Assembly: GCA_033763455.1 (NCBI GenBank)
Contig: JANRKO010000036.1
Span: forward strand, 1 to 20,689
Direction of reading: 5' to 3'
DNA from: Polyangiaceae bacterium
GTDB lineage: Bacteria > Myxococcota_A > Polyangia > Polyangiales > Polyangiaceae
DNA: 20,689 bases
The notes under the pieces were generated by a model. It saw only the letters and a list, made by a program, of their open reading frames with translations, was not told where the DNA came from and searched no databases. The translations under genes and the position numbers were made by a program. Shown here piece by piece: positions 1 to 8,524 of the stretch; position 1 is the first letter of the stretch, and the number at the start of each line of letters is the position of its first letter.

Positions 1-138
1 CACCATTTGGCCAAGACCTGCGCGATGTTTCCTCCGAACGCAATTCCAATAAACACAAACCGAAGAGCCGGATGCGGGAAATTCGCAAGTCCGGTTCTGT
101 AAGGAGCACCGGGTGGCAACACCCGGTGTTTACTTGAT
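1..138 (+). mobile_element. 3' end of a group II intron (domains V and VI; the rest lies upstream of the window)
   Basis: Domain V at 65-97 (GAGCCGGATGCGGGAAATTCGCAAGTCCGGTTC) has the AGC catalytic triad at 66-68, a GAAA loop and a 2-nt bulge. Domain VI at 101-135 folds as AAG-GAGCACCGGGTG-[GCAA]-CACCCGGTGTTT-A-CTT, with bulged branch-point A132 as the 7th nucleotide from a terminal AY (AT, 137-138). Confidence 0.93.
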
Positions 139-835
139 GACAGCGTTGCCGCCCAATCGAATCGTGGAAGCCAGTTTCTCGGCTGGAGCCAAACATGCCA
201 GTTTGTTCCCTCCACCGCTGGGCGTGGAAGTAGCGTTCGCAGGGCGCTCGAACGTCGGTAAAAGTAGCTTGTTGAACGCCATTATGGGTCGAAAGAACCT
301 AGTGCGCACCAGTTCAACGCCCGGCTGCACACGGCATGTTGGTTTCTTTAAAACGCGCTCCGCCGATGGGGCAGTGATAACTTTGGTGGATTTACCGGGG
401 TACGGCTACGCGAAACGTTCGAAGTCCGAACTCAAAGAGTGGAAGGAGCTGGTTGAGGCTTACCTCTTTGAACGGCCCTGTTTGCAGACCGTGGCTCTGC
501 TCGTCGATTCTCGACGTGGCCCCGAAGATCTAGATTTTCAGCTCATTGAAGCGTTGTCGGATCGGAAGACTGAGTTTCGCAAGCAGCTACCGCTGATCTT
601 GGTCGCCACCAAGCTCGACAAAATGCCGCGCTCACAACAAGCGCCGGCACTGCTGGCTATTCGTAAGGCGACCAAGCTTCCAGTAATGGGGTTCACCACC
701 GAAGATCCCGCATACATCGAGGCCCTCTGGACTGGAGTGCGCGCCAAGCTCGGGTTCGACGCTACGGGGTCTTCGGCCGTTGACTCGGAAGCGGCTAGCG
801 CCAATTCTGCTGAGACGCTCGGACGCGAGACCTAA
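137..835 (+). CDS. engB: Ribosome biogenesis GTP-binding protein YihA/YsxC (EngB)
   Basis: Motifs EVAFAGRSNVGKSS (G1), TSSTPGCT (G2), DLPGYGYA (G3) and TKLDK (G4). ATG at 137 preferred because the ORF-track GTG at 113 lies inside intron domain VI. Confidence 0.95.
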   Translation: MTALPPNRIVEASFSAGAKHASLFPPPLGVEVAFAGRSNVGKSSLLNAIMGRKNLVRTSSTPGCTRHVGFFKTRSADGAVITLVDLPGYGYAKRSKSELKEWKELVEAYLFERPCLQTVALLVDSRRGPEDLDFQLIEALSDRKTEFRKQLPLILVATKLDKMPRSQQAPALLAIRKATKLPVMGFTTEDPAYIEALWTGVRAKLGFDATGSSAVDSEAASANSAETLGRET

Positions 836-881
836 CAAGCTTGGTTTAGGAAGCTCGCACGCGAGCCGTAACAAACCCGGG

Positions 882-1592
882 TTACGGTACGAAGCCGAAG
901 GCCTCAACTTCGCTGAGCTCACGTTGGCAATCCCCCGCTATCGCAAAGCGATAGGGGCTGTTGGGAATGATGAAGCGCCAAGCTGGGCCGGCCTTGCTGC
1001 GGTAATATTCAATGCGCGCGGGGCGGTCGGTGGGGGCGCCTTTTTGCTTGCCGAAGGCCCAAATTTGGCTGAGCGTGCAGCGAGGCTCAGGCAGGCCATC
1101 GGAGTGGTCCACCGAACACGAAGCCTGGGAGTTGTCGGGCTCGGCCACAATTCCAAGCTTCTGAATGTGCACCCTTTGCCGACCGCAATACGTATGGCGC
1201 GGCAGTGTGCCGTGATCTCGCGGAGGCTGCGGGCCATGCCCTGGTGGGCTCTGAAAGGCGTAGCGCACGTCGGGTGAACCGGCCGAAAAATCAATTGTGC
1301 CCGCGCTCGACACGCCATCGGCAACCATGCCCCGAAGTAGATTGCGCTGGGTTAACGCCCTCGCTTTTGCCAGCGTCGCTACAGGGTCCACATGTTTCTG
1401 CCACCCCACCACGCCCTCGGTCGTGGGAGGCCCCGGCGGTTGGCTCTCTTCGGGTTGAGCATGTTCCCTAGCCCATAGCGAAAACAACAAAGAAGCGACG
1501 AACGATCCGCCGATGATGAGCAGGCCCAGGCGACGATCGTTGCGGTAGTGGAAAGGGGCGACACGTGGCCGCGGCCCGGGTTCGGTGAGCAT
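882..1592 (-). CDS. Hypothetical membrane-anchored protein (single N-terminal TM helix, Cys-containing extracytoplasmic domain)
   Basis: Long ORF with hydrophobic segment LGLLIIGGSFVASLLFSLWA preceded by basic residues, a Pro-rich linker and four Cys. ATG at 1592 chosen as start. No family recognised. Confidence 0.7.
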   Translation of the reverse strand: MLTEPGPRPRVAPFHYRNDRRLGLLIIGGSFVASLLFSLWAREHAQPEESQPPGPPTTEGVVGWQKHVDPVATLAKARALTQRNLLRGMVADGVSSAGTIDFSAGSPDVRYAFQSPPGHGPQPPRDHGTLPRHTYCGRQRVHIQKLGIVAEPDNSQASCSVDHSDGLPEPRCTLSQIWAFGKQKGAPTDRPARIEYYRSKAGPAWRFIIPNSPYRFAIAGDCQRELSEVEAFGFVP

Positions 1593-1753
1593 TGGGCCCC
1601 CTATACCTCGCGATCCGCGGCAATTCACCCGGAGTTCCGCACTTTTGCGCTTCCTCTTCCGAAAGCGCCCAACAAAGCTCGTTTGCCTCGAAAGGCTGAT
1701 TGCGATCGAGCACGCCCCGCGCTAAAAGCTCGGCCCCCCAGAAACCAGGCAAC

Positions 1754-1825
1754 GGGCGCATAACTCAGCGGTAGAGTGCCACCTTCACACGGTGGAAGTC
1801 GTAGGTTCAAATCCTACTGCGCCCA
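1754..1825 (+). tRNA. tRNA-Val (anticodon CAC), no encoded CCA
   Basis: Acceptor stem GGGCGCA/TGCGCCC, D arm ACTC-AGCGGTA-GAGT, anticodon arm CCACC-TTCACAC-GGTGG (CAC at 1786-1788), T arm GTAGG-TTCAAAT-CCTAC, discriminator A1825 followed by CAA. Confidence 0.97.
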
Positions 1826-1833
1826 CAAAGTTA

Positions 1834-1851
1834 GCCGAGCAGGGGCTCGGC
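1834..1851. terminator. GC-rich hairpin between convergent tRNA-Val and beta-helix gene; possible terminator
   Basis: GCCGAGC-AGGG-GCTCGGC perfect 7-bp stem; only a weak T-rich tail on the minus strand (TAACTTTG). Confidence 0.35.
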
Positions 1852-1895
1852 ACGAAGCCGTGATGGTGGCCGAAGAGCTGCCCCCCGAGTGAGGC

Positions 1896-3650
1896 TCAGG
1901 CGCGCGCACGGCGCCGCGACGCACACGCAGCGACGGCGAGCCCCGCTACAGCTAGCAGTGAGCTCGACTGCCCGGGTGGCGAAACCAACCCGCACCCACT
2001 CTTGGCCTGACCTCGCGACGCGCTCGTACCAGGGCCGCCACTGCCGGGTACCTGACTCCCCGTAGCCCCGCCAGCGGCTCGCGCGCCTCCCGAAGCTGTG
2101 CCCGGGTTGGGAAAGACCGAGACAGAACCGCCCGCCACAGCGGGACCCGCGCCACCGCTGGAGGCGACCGTGCCTCCACCGCCGGAAGCACTGTTCACGC
2201 CACCCGTTGAACTGCCGGGAGCACCGCCCACTTGCGAGGCCCCACCGGAGCCAGAAGATGCGCCGCCGGAACCTGAAGCGGCGCCACCCGAACCGGATGG
2301 ATCACCGATTGGGCCCGTCATGCCGTCGGGACCTTGGAACTCGAGTGCACCGATATCTGGAGCGCTCCCAAACGGTACCCCGCGACCCAACAGATCTTGG
2401 GTGTACCCGAGCACAGCACCGGCGTCGATGGCAGGGCTCCCAGAAAGGAGATGGAGGTTACGTGTGGCAACGTCCACGAATTTCGGATCTCCAACGACCT
2501 CACCGGCACCAAGGGCAACACTGCCCAGGGGATCTGGGTTTCCAGGGGCAAAATACACGTTGTTGCTGTGAACAGACCCCACTGGCAGCCCATCTCCGTA
2601 GACGAGAAGATCATCGCGCACGAGGAAGATGTTGTTCTTCAAGCTGAGGCCAGTAACGGCTCCGGCGTAGAGCACGGTTTCTTCGGCGGGTTCACCGCTC
2701 TTGAGAATAACGGGCGCATTGATGCGACGAATCGTATTGTTCTCAAAAGTGATGTTGGTGGCCTCATGAAACAGAAAGCCCTGCAACACGTCGTCAACGA
2801 GATTGTAGGAGAGCTTCAGGTTCTTGCCGCCTCCATTTACGGGCGTAACCTCGATAAAACCAACGTTACCAATCGACACATTGTGGTGAACGTTGAGATC
2901 TTGGATAAGTGCACCGCCCCCTGGCGCATTTTGACTATCCACCTCAATGGAGCCACCGTCGCCCCCAAAGGCGCTCAAATCCCCCAAGACGGCGTAATTT
3001 TCAAAGCGATTGTACGCGATCTCCACGCCACTCGTGCTAACGAACACCCCGATTGGCCCCCAGAGATCGCCCTGCAACATGCGTGTGCAGTCGTGAATAT
3101 GGTTGTGGGTAATCAGAGCATTCTCTCCCCCAACGCGAATGCCAATCGGAGCGTTTTTGAAGTCACTGTTCGTGACCACCGCATGGTTCGCACCGGGATA
3201 GATGTGTACCGCCCCGGTGACACCAACAGCTCCGTAGTCCGGAGCTGGCGCCCCGTCGGCAAACCCAAGGCCATCGATCACCACGTAGCTTCCGTGCACA
3301 ATGATGGAATTTCCGTTGTTGTCAGCAAAGCTCGCATTGGTGAAAAGGGGGAGCGGGCCGCTACCGTAAGAAGTCAGTGTGATGGGGGCATTCGCTGTTC
3401 CCGAAGCAGTCACGTCGAGTGACCCTGTAAACGTGCTCCCGCGCGCGAAAAGCAAGCGGTCGCCAGCCGTTAAGCTCTGGCTCTGCGCCTTGCTGAGAGT
3501 TTTCCAGGGCGCACCCATGTTACCCGCCCCGCTATCGTTGCCGGCTACGGAATCTACATAGTAGTCGGCCGCACTGGCCGTGGCAGGGGCGGCCAGCAGC
3601 GCCAATGCCAGAAACGTCAGATTTACCCCAAACCTTTGGCTATTTCGCAT
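1896..3650 (-). CDS. Secreted right-handed parallel beta-helix (pectin-lyase-like) protein with choice-of-anchor-Q-like motif, Gly/Ser linker and MYXO-CTERM-like tail
   Basis: Signal peptide (LALALLAAPATASA), YYVDSVAGNDSGAG...PWKTL start, N/I-rich beta-helix rungs, LLSGSPAIDAG...PDIGALE motif, and C-terminal SGC-linker-hydrophobic helix-RRRAR. Confidence 0.85.
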   Translation of the reverse strand: MRNSQRFGVNLTFLALALLAAPATASAADYYVDSVAGNDSGAGNMGAPWKTLSKAQSQSLTAGDRLLFARGSTFTGSLDVTASGTANAPITLTSYGSGPLPLFTNASFADNNGNSIIVHGSYVVIDGLGFADGAPAPDYGAVGVTGAVHIYPGANHAVVTNSDFKNAPIGIRVGGENALITHNHIHDCTRMLQGDLWGPIGVFVSTSGVEIAYNRFENYAVLGDLSAFGGDGGSIEVDSQNAPGGGALIQDLNVHHNVSIGNVGFIEVTPVNGGGKNLKLSYNLVDDVLQGFLFHEATNITFENNTIRRINAPVILKSGEPAEETVLYAGAVTGLSLKNNIFLVRDDLLVYGDGLPVGSVHSNNVYFAPGNPDPLGSVALGAGEVVGDPKFVDVATRNLHLLSGSPAIDAGAVLGYTQDLLGRGVPFGSAPDIGALEFQGPDGMTGPIGDPSGSGGAASGSGGASSGSGGASQVGGAPGSSTGGVNSASGGGGTVASSGGAGPAVAGGSVSVFPNPGTASGGARAAGGATGSQVPGSGGPGTSASRGQAKSGCGLVSPPGQSSSLLAVAGLAVAACASRRRARA

Positions 3651-3822
3651 AGTTAACGGTGACAGCCCACCCCCCTCCTCAGCAACGGACTCTTTGTGCG
3701 AAACCCCCGCATTTCGTCGCGTCTGAACCGCTTAGCGTGGAACCTCCGCGGACCACGGATTGTCTCCGAACGCTGGCGCGTGGCAGAGGCTATGAGTGAT
3801 TTCTGAGCAACCGCGCCCCGTG

Positions 3823-4422
3823 ATGAGCAAGCACAAGGCCCCTGTCTACCTCGTAGGGATACTCGTGGGAGGCCGCGGCTCGCGCATGGGCGACAGAAAG
3901 AAGGGCCTGCTGCGAACACGGGAGCTTGGCGAGCCCACCATTCTCACACGGTTAGACCGAACTATCACCGAAGCGCTCGGAGCCGTTCCGCGGGTGCTTG
4001 TCGGGCGGAGCGACGGTTATGAGGCGTACACCTTTCCGACAGTGACGGATGAGCCCGAAGATGTGGGACCACTCGGGGGGCTGCATGCGGCCCTCTTGTA
4101 CGCAGCGCAACGGGGAGCGTCGCAACTTATCGCTTTGGCGTGTGACTTGCCCTACCTAGAAGCAGAAGTGCTTCTCGCGCTTGCAGAACACTCCGAGGGA
4201 GCCAAGGCTGTGGCACCCCAAGCCGCAACCGGGATCTTTGAGCCACTCATTGCGCGCTACAACGTAGCCGAGTCGCTCCCTGCGGTGGAGGCCGCCCTCG
4301 GCTCGGGGCGTTACTCACTCCAACAAGTATTGCGAGCTCTCGCGTGCGAGCCTTTAGAGCTCTCCCTGGCCGCTCGGGCTTCTTTGCGCGATTGGGATAC
4401 GCCCGCCGACATGGAGCGATGA
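3823..4422 (+). CDS. mobA: Molybdenum cofactor guanylyltransferase (MobA-like NTP transferase)
   Basis: Motifs LVGGRGSRMG..KG, GPLGGL, ACDLP, EPLIARY and terminal DWDTPAD (NxNTPED-like). Confidence 0.82.
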   Translation: MSKHKAPVYLVGILVGGRGSRMGDRKKGLLRTRELGEPTILTRLDRTITEALGAVPRVLVGRSDGYEAYTFPTVTDEPEDVGPLGGLHAALLYAAQRGASQLIALACDLPYLEAEVLLALAEHSEGAKAVAPQAATGIFEPLIARYNVAESLPAVEAALGSGRYSLQQVLRALACEPLELSLAARASLRDWDTPADMER

Positions 4423-4425
4423 ACC

Positions 4426-7400
4426 ATGACAAATGCCCTGAGAACATTTGAAACGCGCTGGGATCGCCTGCAGGCAAACCTCACCCGGCTCAAGGGCTAT
4501 AGGAAGGATGCTCGCTGGTCTTGGAGCCAAAACGATGCCCCCTTCGAGCCGGTGGAGCTCCCCGCAGGCTGGGACGGAGCTGGGCGCCGCGTGCGCTTCG
4601 CTACGACCTACACAATTCCAGAACAGGTTGCAGGGATCCGTACGGCTGGGTCCGAGCTCAAGCTCTATAGCCATTTCACCACCGTCACCACGACCATTCG
4701 AGTCGACGGCGTGCAACGTTTTCGAGAAGCGTACTGGACTGACTTTCGCTTGCCAGAGGTTATTGTGACCCCAAGCGCGGTACCAGCTGCCACCCATCAC
4801 GTTGAGCTCGAATGCGAACCTTTCGAGGGCAGTGCCGGCATGGTGCCGCTCGACTTCATGCTCTCGGCTGTAGAAGCTAACATTGCGAACCTGGAAACGG
4901 TATTGGAGGCCGCGCGCGTGGTCTTGGCGCTGGATCCAAAGGCTGCCGAGCTTGCGCTCGCGGAGCTTGAAAAGCCTGCGTTTGAGTGGCCTGAGCTATC
5001 TGCCGCCTGCGCTCGCGCTCGCGAACTTCTCCTCCCTTTCTCCGCAAGCATCAAGCAGCGTCGTGTGTACGCCATGGGGCAGTGCCACATCGACCTCAAC
5101 TTCCTCTGGCCCATGGAAGACACGGTGCTCACGGTTGTCTCCAGCTACCGCGCCATCTGCGACATGCTCGATGAATTCCCCGAGCTTGTTTTCACGCACA
5201 CGCAAGCGGCCACCTACGAAATTTTGGAGCGCCACGAGCCCGCGCTGTTAAAGCGGATCGAGGCGCATGTTGCCAGCCGCAAATGGGAAGTTTTGGCGGC
5301 AACCTGGACTGAGAGCGATACGAATCTGCCCAGCGGGGAGGCTTTGATCCGCCAGTTCTTGTATGGCCAAGCCTATTGCGCCAAGCGTTTCGGAACTCGC
5401 GCCAAGATCGCTTGGTACCCGGACGCGTTTGGCCACTCCTTCAATTTGCCCCAAATCCTGAAGGGCTGCGGCATTAGCAACTATTTCTTCTGGCGCTGTG
5501 GCGATCAGTCGAAGCCGCTCTTTACTTGGAAAGGCCTCGACGGCACGGAGGTAACAGCGTTCAACTGCGACTACTATCTGCGCCACGTCAGCGCGCCTCG
5601 CGTTGGCAAGTTCTCACGCCTGTTGGCGGAACGCTTCGAAATCCAGGAAAGCCCCTACGTTTTCGGGGTCGGCAATCACGGCGGCGGCCCTTCGCGGGCT
5701 GACATCGAGCGCTTGCGCCAGTTGCAGGCAGATCCGCTCATGCCCACGCTCGAGTTTTCATCCGCTCAGCGCTACTTCGACACAACCGTGGCACACGCCG
5801 GCAAGCTCCCCACCATCTGCCGCGAGTTGAACTTTGTGTTCGACGCCGCTTACTCTAGCCACGCGGACATCAAGTGGCATAATCGACGGTGCGAGAACTT
5901 GCTGTACGCGTGCGAGGCAATTTCTGCCCTTCAACGCGGCGGCTCGCCCTATCCCCGCGCCGCTCTACAACAAGCTTGGAAGCACAAGCTCTTCAATGAT
6001 TTCCACGATTTCCTAGGCGGAACCTCGATCCGCGAGGCATACGCTTACGGCCTTGCGCGCGCGGAAGAAGTGGAAGCCCTGGCTCAAACCGAGCTTGAAG
6101 CGCGACTGCTGACGGCGCAACGCCAACACGCGGGACCCGGCGAACAGGAGCTCGTGGCCATGAATCCCCTGCCCTGGCCGCGAACGGCAGTGGTGAAGCT
6201 TTCAGGCTGTAAGGCGGGGTTTACTGGTGTACGCGACGATGCTGGGCAAACGCTCCCTGTTCAATACGTCGACATCGACACCCTCATCTTCGTTGCACCC
6301 TTCTCGGCCACCGCCATCCGCAACTTCGTCTTAGTGTCGAGCGACCCTGCACCGAACGCTCCGGAAGCATCACCTGCACCCACCCTTGATGAGGCAAACC
6401 TCACACTCAGCAACGAATTGCTGACGCTCACCTTGTTGCCGGACGGAACCATCAAGACACTTCTGGACCGGCGCACGGGCTCTCCGATCCTACACACCCA
6501 AGATTCCCTCGAGGTCCCCGTGTGTTTCTCGGACTACGCCGAGGTCACACGCCCGCACCTGAACAACCACCTAACGGTTCAGCACGAAGCACCTGTGGAC
6601 GGTTCGGCCTGGTTTCTTGGAAGAATTGCGGGGCACACCGCGCTCACCACGCCGATCAGCATCTCCTTCGAAGCAGGCCCCGTTCGCGCGGCGGCACACA
6701 TCGTTTACCGCTACCAGGAGTCCACCTTGCGTCAGACGCTTTCCCTGTATCGAGGGGTGCCGTGGGTGGAAATAAGCTGGGATATTGATTGGAGGCAGGT
6801 AGGCCATCGCGACACCGGAACCGACATTCTGCGTTGCAGCTTCACGCCACTCGTGGAGCACAGCCGCGCCCACTTCGAAATTCCGTGCGGGGCCATCGAG
6901 CGCGAAGCGAACGGCCGAGAAGTGCCGACTCAGCGCTGGCTCGCACTCTCCAACCAGGAGCGTGGGTTCGCCATTTTGAACGACGCCAAATACGGCTGCA
7001 GCGTGCAGGGGCGCACCATGAGCCTCACCATGCTACGCACTGCCTACTGGCCCGACGCCACCTCAGATGTGGGCCGTCACCAATTTGCCTACGGCCTCTA
7101 TCCCCTCATGGGTTCTTTCGAAACTTCCGATGTGGCGCGCCGCGGAGTCGAATTCAATCAGCCAATCCTAGCTGTGGCTCCAAAAACTGGCACCGCAAAC
7201 GTCAACTCGACGACTTGGGTAAGCGTGGAAGTTGAGCCTCAGAACGTTGTGGTAAGCGCCATAAAATGCGCTGAATCCTCCAACGCGCTCGTAGTTCGCA
7301 TCTATGAAAGCCACGGCCTCCCAACGGTGGGAACGCTCCGCCTTGCGCCCGCCCCCAAACGCATCCGCAAGCTGAATCACCTTGAAGAAGCGACACCCGA

Positions 7401-7488
7401 AGGCACATCAACCTTGAGTCAGAAAGGCGATATCACTACATTTTCACTTCGCCCGTTCGAAATCTGCACCCTAGAATTGGAGTATTAG
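4426..7488 (+). CDS. Alpha-mannosidase, glycoside hydrolase family 38
   Basis: Zn-binding CHIDLNFLWP, SGEALIRQ, nucleophile motif WYPDAFGHS, FGVGNHGGGP, NDFHD..GGTSI and C-terminal LRPFEICTL. Confidence 0.93.
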   Translation: MTNALRTFETRWDRLQANLTRLKGYRKDARWSWSQNDAPFEPVELPAGWDGAGRRVRFATTYTIPEQVAGIRTAGSELKLYSHFTTVTTTIRVDGVQRFREAYWTDFRLPEVIVTPSAVPAATHHVELECEPFEGSAGMVPLDFMLSAVEANIANLETVLEAARVVLALDPKAAELALAELEKPAFEWPELSAACARARELLLPFSASIKQRRVYAMGQCHIDLNFLWPMEDTVLTVVSSYRAICDMLDEFPELVFTHTQAATYEILERHEPALLKRIEAHVASRKWEVLAATWTESDTNLPSGEALIRQFLYGQAYCAKRFGTRAKIAWYPDAFGHSFNLPQILKGCGISNYFFWRCGDQSKPLFTWKGLDGTEVTAFNCDYYLRHVSAPRVGKFSRLLAERFEIQESPYVFGVGNHGGGPSRADIERLRQLQADPLMPTLEFSSAQRYFDTTVAHAGKLPTICRELNFVFDAAYSSHADIKWHNRRCENLLYACEAISALQRGGSPYPRAALQQAWKHKLFNDFHDFLGGTSIREAYAYGLARAEEVEALAQTELEARLLTAQRQHAGPGEQELVAMNPLPWPRTAVVKLSGCKAGFTGVRDDAGQTLPVQYVDIDTLIFVAPFSATAIRNFVLVSSDPAPNAPEASPAPTLDEANLTLSNELLTLTLLPDGTIKTLLDRRTGSPILHTQDSLEVPVCFSDYAEVTRPHLNNHLTVQHEAPVDGSAWFLGRIAGHTALTTPISISFEAGPVRAAAHIVYRYQESTLRQTLSLYRGVPWVEISWDIDWRQVGHRDTGTDILRCSFTPLVEHSRAHFEIPCGAIEREANGREVPTQRWLALSNQERGFAILNDAKYGCSVQGRTMSLTMLRTAYWPDATSDVGRHQFAYGLYPLMGSFETSDVARRGVEFNQPILAVAPKTGTANVNSTTWVSVEVEPQNVVVSAIKCAESSNALVVRIYESHGLPTVGTLRLAPAPKRIRKLNHLEEATPEGTSTLSQKGDITTFSLRPFEICTLELEY

Positions 7489-7491
7489 CCC

Positions 7492-8193
7492 ATGAAAACG
7501 TTCGTCATTACGGGCGCCACGAGCGGCGTTGGCGCGGCCCTCGCCCATCACCTTGCACACCAGGGGCACACCGTATTCGCTCTCGCCCGCAACGCTCAGA
7601 AGTTAGCAGCGCTTGCGCTCAATTTCCCTGACAAAATCCGTACCTGTCCGTGCGACGTTCGGGATCGCCAAGCCGTGGCGCGGGTCGCCGAAGGGATCTT
7701 GAAGGGCGGCGCCCAAATCGATGTACTGATCAACAACGCCGCCATCTTTGACATGCGGCCGTTCGTCGAACAATCCCTAGATGTGGCCGATCAGATCCTC
7801 GAAACGAATCTTAACGGCACCATCTATTGCACCCACGCGTTTTTGCCGCACCTGATCAGCAAGAAGCAGGGTGTCATCTTGAACATCGCGTCGGTTGCCG
7901 GCACCCGCGGCATCGAAGATCAAGCCGTATATTGCGCCTCCAAACACGGCATGGTCGGTTTTGGGGACGCGTTGGCGCAGGAATTGAAGCCGCACGGCGT
8001 ATTGGTCTGCACCTTGTGCCCAGGTGGCATCGATACTGAGCTTTGGCGCGAAGGCTCCGTTCGTTATCCGGGGGATATCAGCTCCGCCATGACCACAAAG
8101 AACCTTGTAGATCTCGTCGACTTCGTACTGAGCCAGCCGAACAACGTGTTGTTCAAAAAGCTCATCTTCTTCCCGACTGGGGAGTGGCACTGA
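7492..8193 (+). CDS. SDR family NAD(P)-dependent oxidoreductase
   Basis: TGATSGVG Rossmann motif, NNAA, catalytic Ser and YCASK, PGGIDT. Confidence 0.92.
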   Translation: MKTFVITGATSGVGAALAHHLAHQGHTVFALARNAQKLAALALNFPDKIRTCPCDVRDRQAVARVAEGILKGGAQIDVLINNAAIFDMRPFVEQSLDVADQILETNLNGTIYCTHAFLPHLISKKQGVILNIASVAGTRGIEDQAVYCASKHGMVGFGDALAQELKPHGVLVCTLCPGGIDTELWREGSVRYPGDISSAMTTKNLVDLVDFVLSQPNNVLFKKLIFFPTGEWH

Positions 8194-8524
8194 ATGTGCG
8201 AAGGTGGTCTCAAGTCGCTTGCGGCTCCACGCGCATCCTCTAGCTACCTCGTTTGAAAACGCATTCTGGTTCAGCGTGCACGGAATTCTCTTCGCCAAGT
8301 TCGCCAAGCCCGAAGCACGGGTAGGCTAGCAAGTTCCTTCTGGTGAACACTCGGAACGGTCAGCCTTACGGGGATGGTCGACAAAGTGGCGCGCCCTTGC
8401 ACTGGCGCGGAGGTGGCTCAACCTCCGGCCGCCCCCCAAAATCCGCCTCAACATCTACGCAATAGCTCGGTCCAAGGCTCCGGGATTGACGGCGCCCCGC
8501 TTCGGCGCTTGGTTTGCGGCCCTC

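Noticed and set aside
1..64. C-terminus of the intron-encoded RT/maturase
   Set aside because: Too short to assign; one frame stops at 50-52 and another runs through domain V, and neither shows a motif I can support.
113..136. GTG at 113 as the native engB start
   Set aside because: It lies within intron domain VI, so it is not ancestral engB sequence; kept only as a hypothetical backup start.
1754..1825. tRNA-Val as an integration site
   Set aside because: I saw no duplicate of its 3' end and no integrase in the window.
2230..2300. Imperfect 21-bp repeats
   Set aside because: They simply encode the SGSGGAS low-complexity linker of the beta-helix protein.
2334..3422. 362-aa plus-strand ORF and the many other long antisense or overlapping ORFs (e.g. 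780-1277, 9389-10039, 15168-15773, 20429-20683)
   Set aside because: They shadow well-supported genes on the opposite strand, as expected in high-GC DNA, and carry no recognisable motifs.
8387..8401. Sigma-54-like TGGCGCG...TTGCA upstream of proS
   Set aside because: GG-to-GC spacing is 9 nt rather than the required 10.
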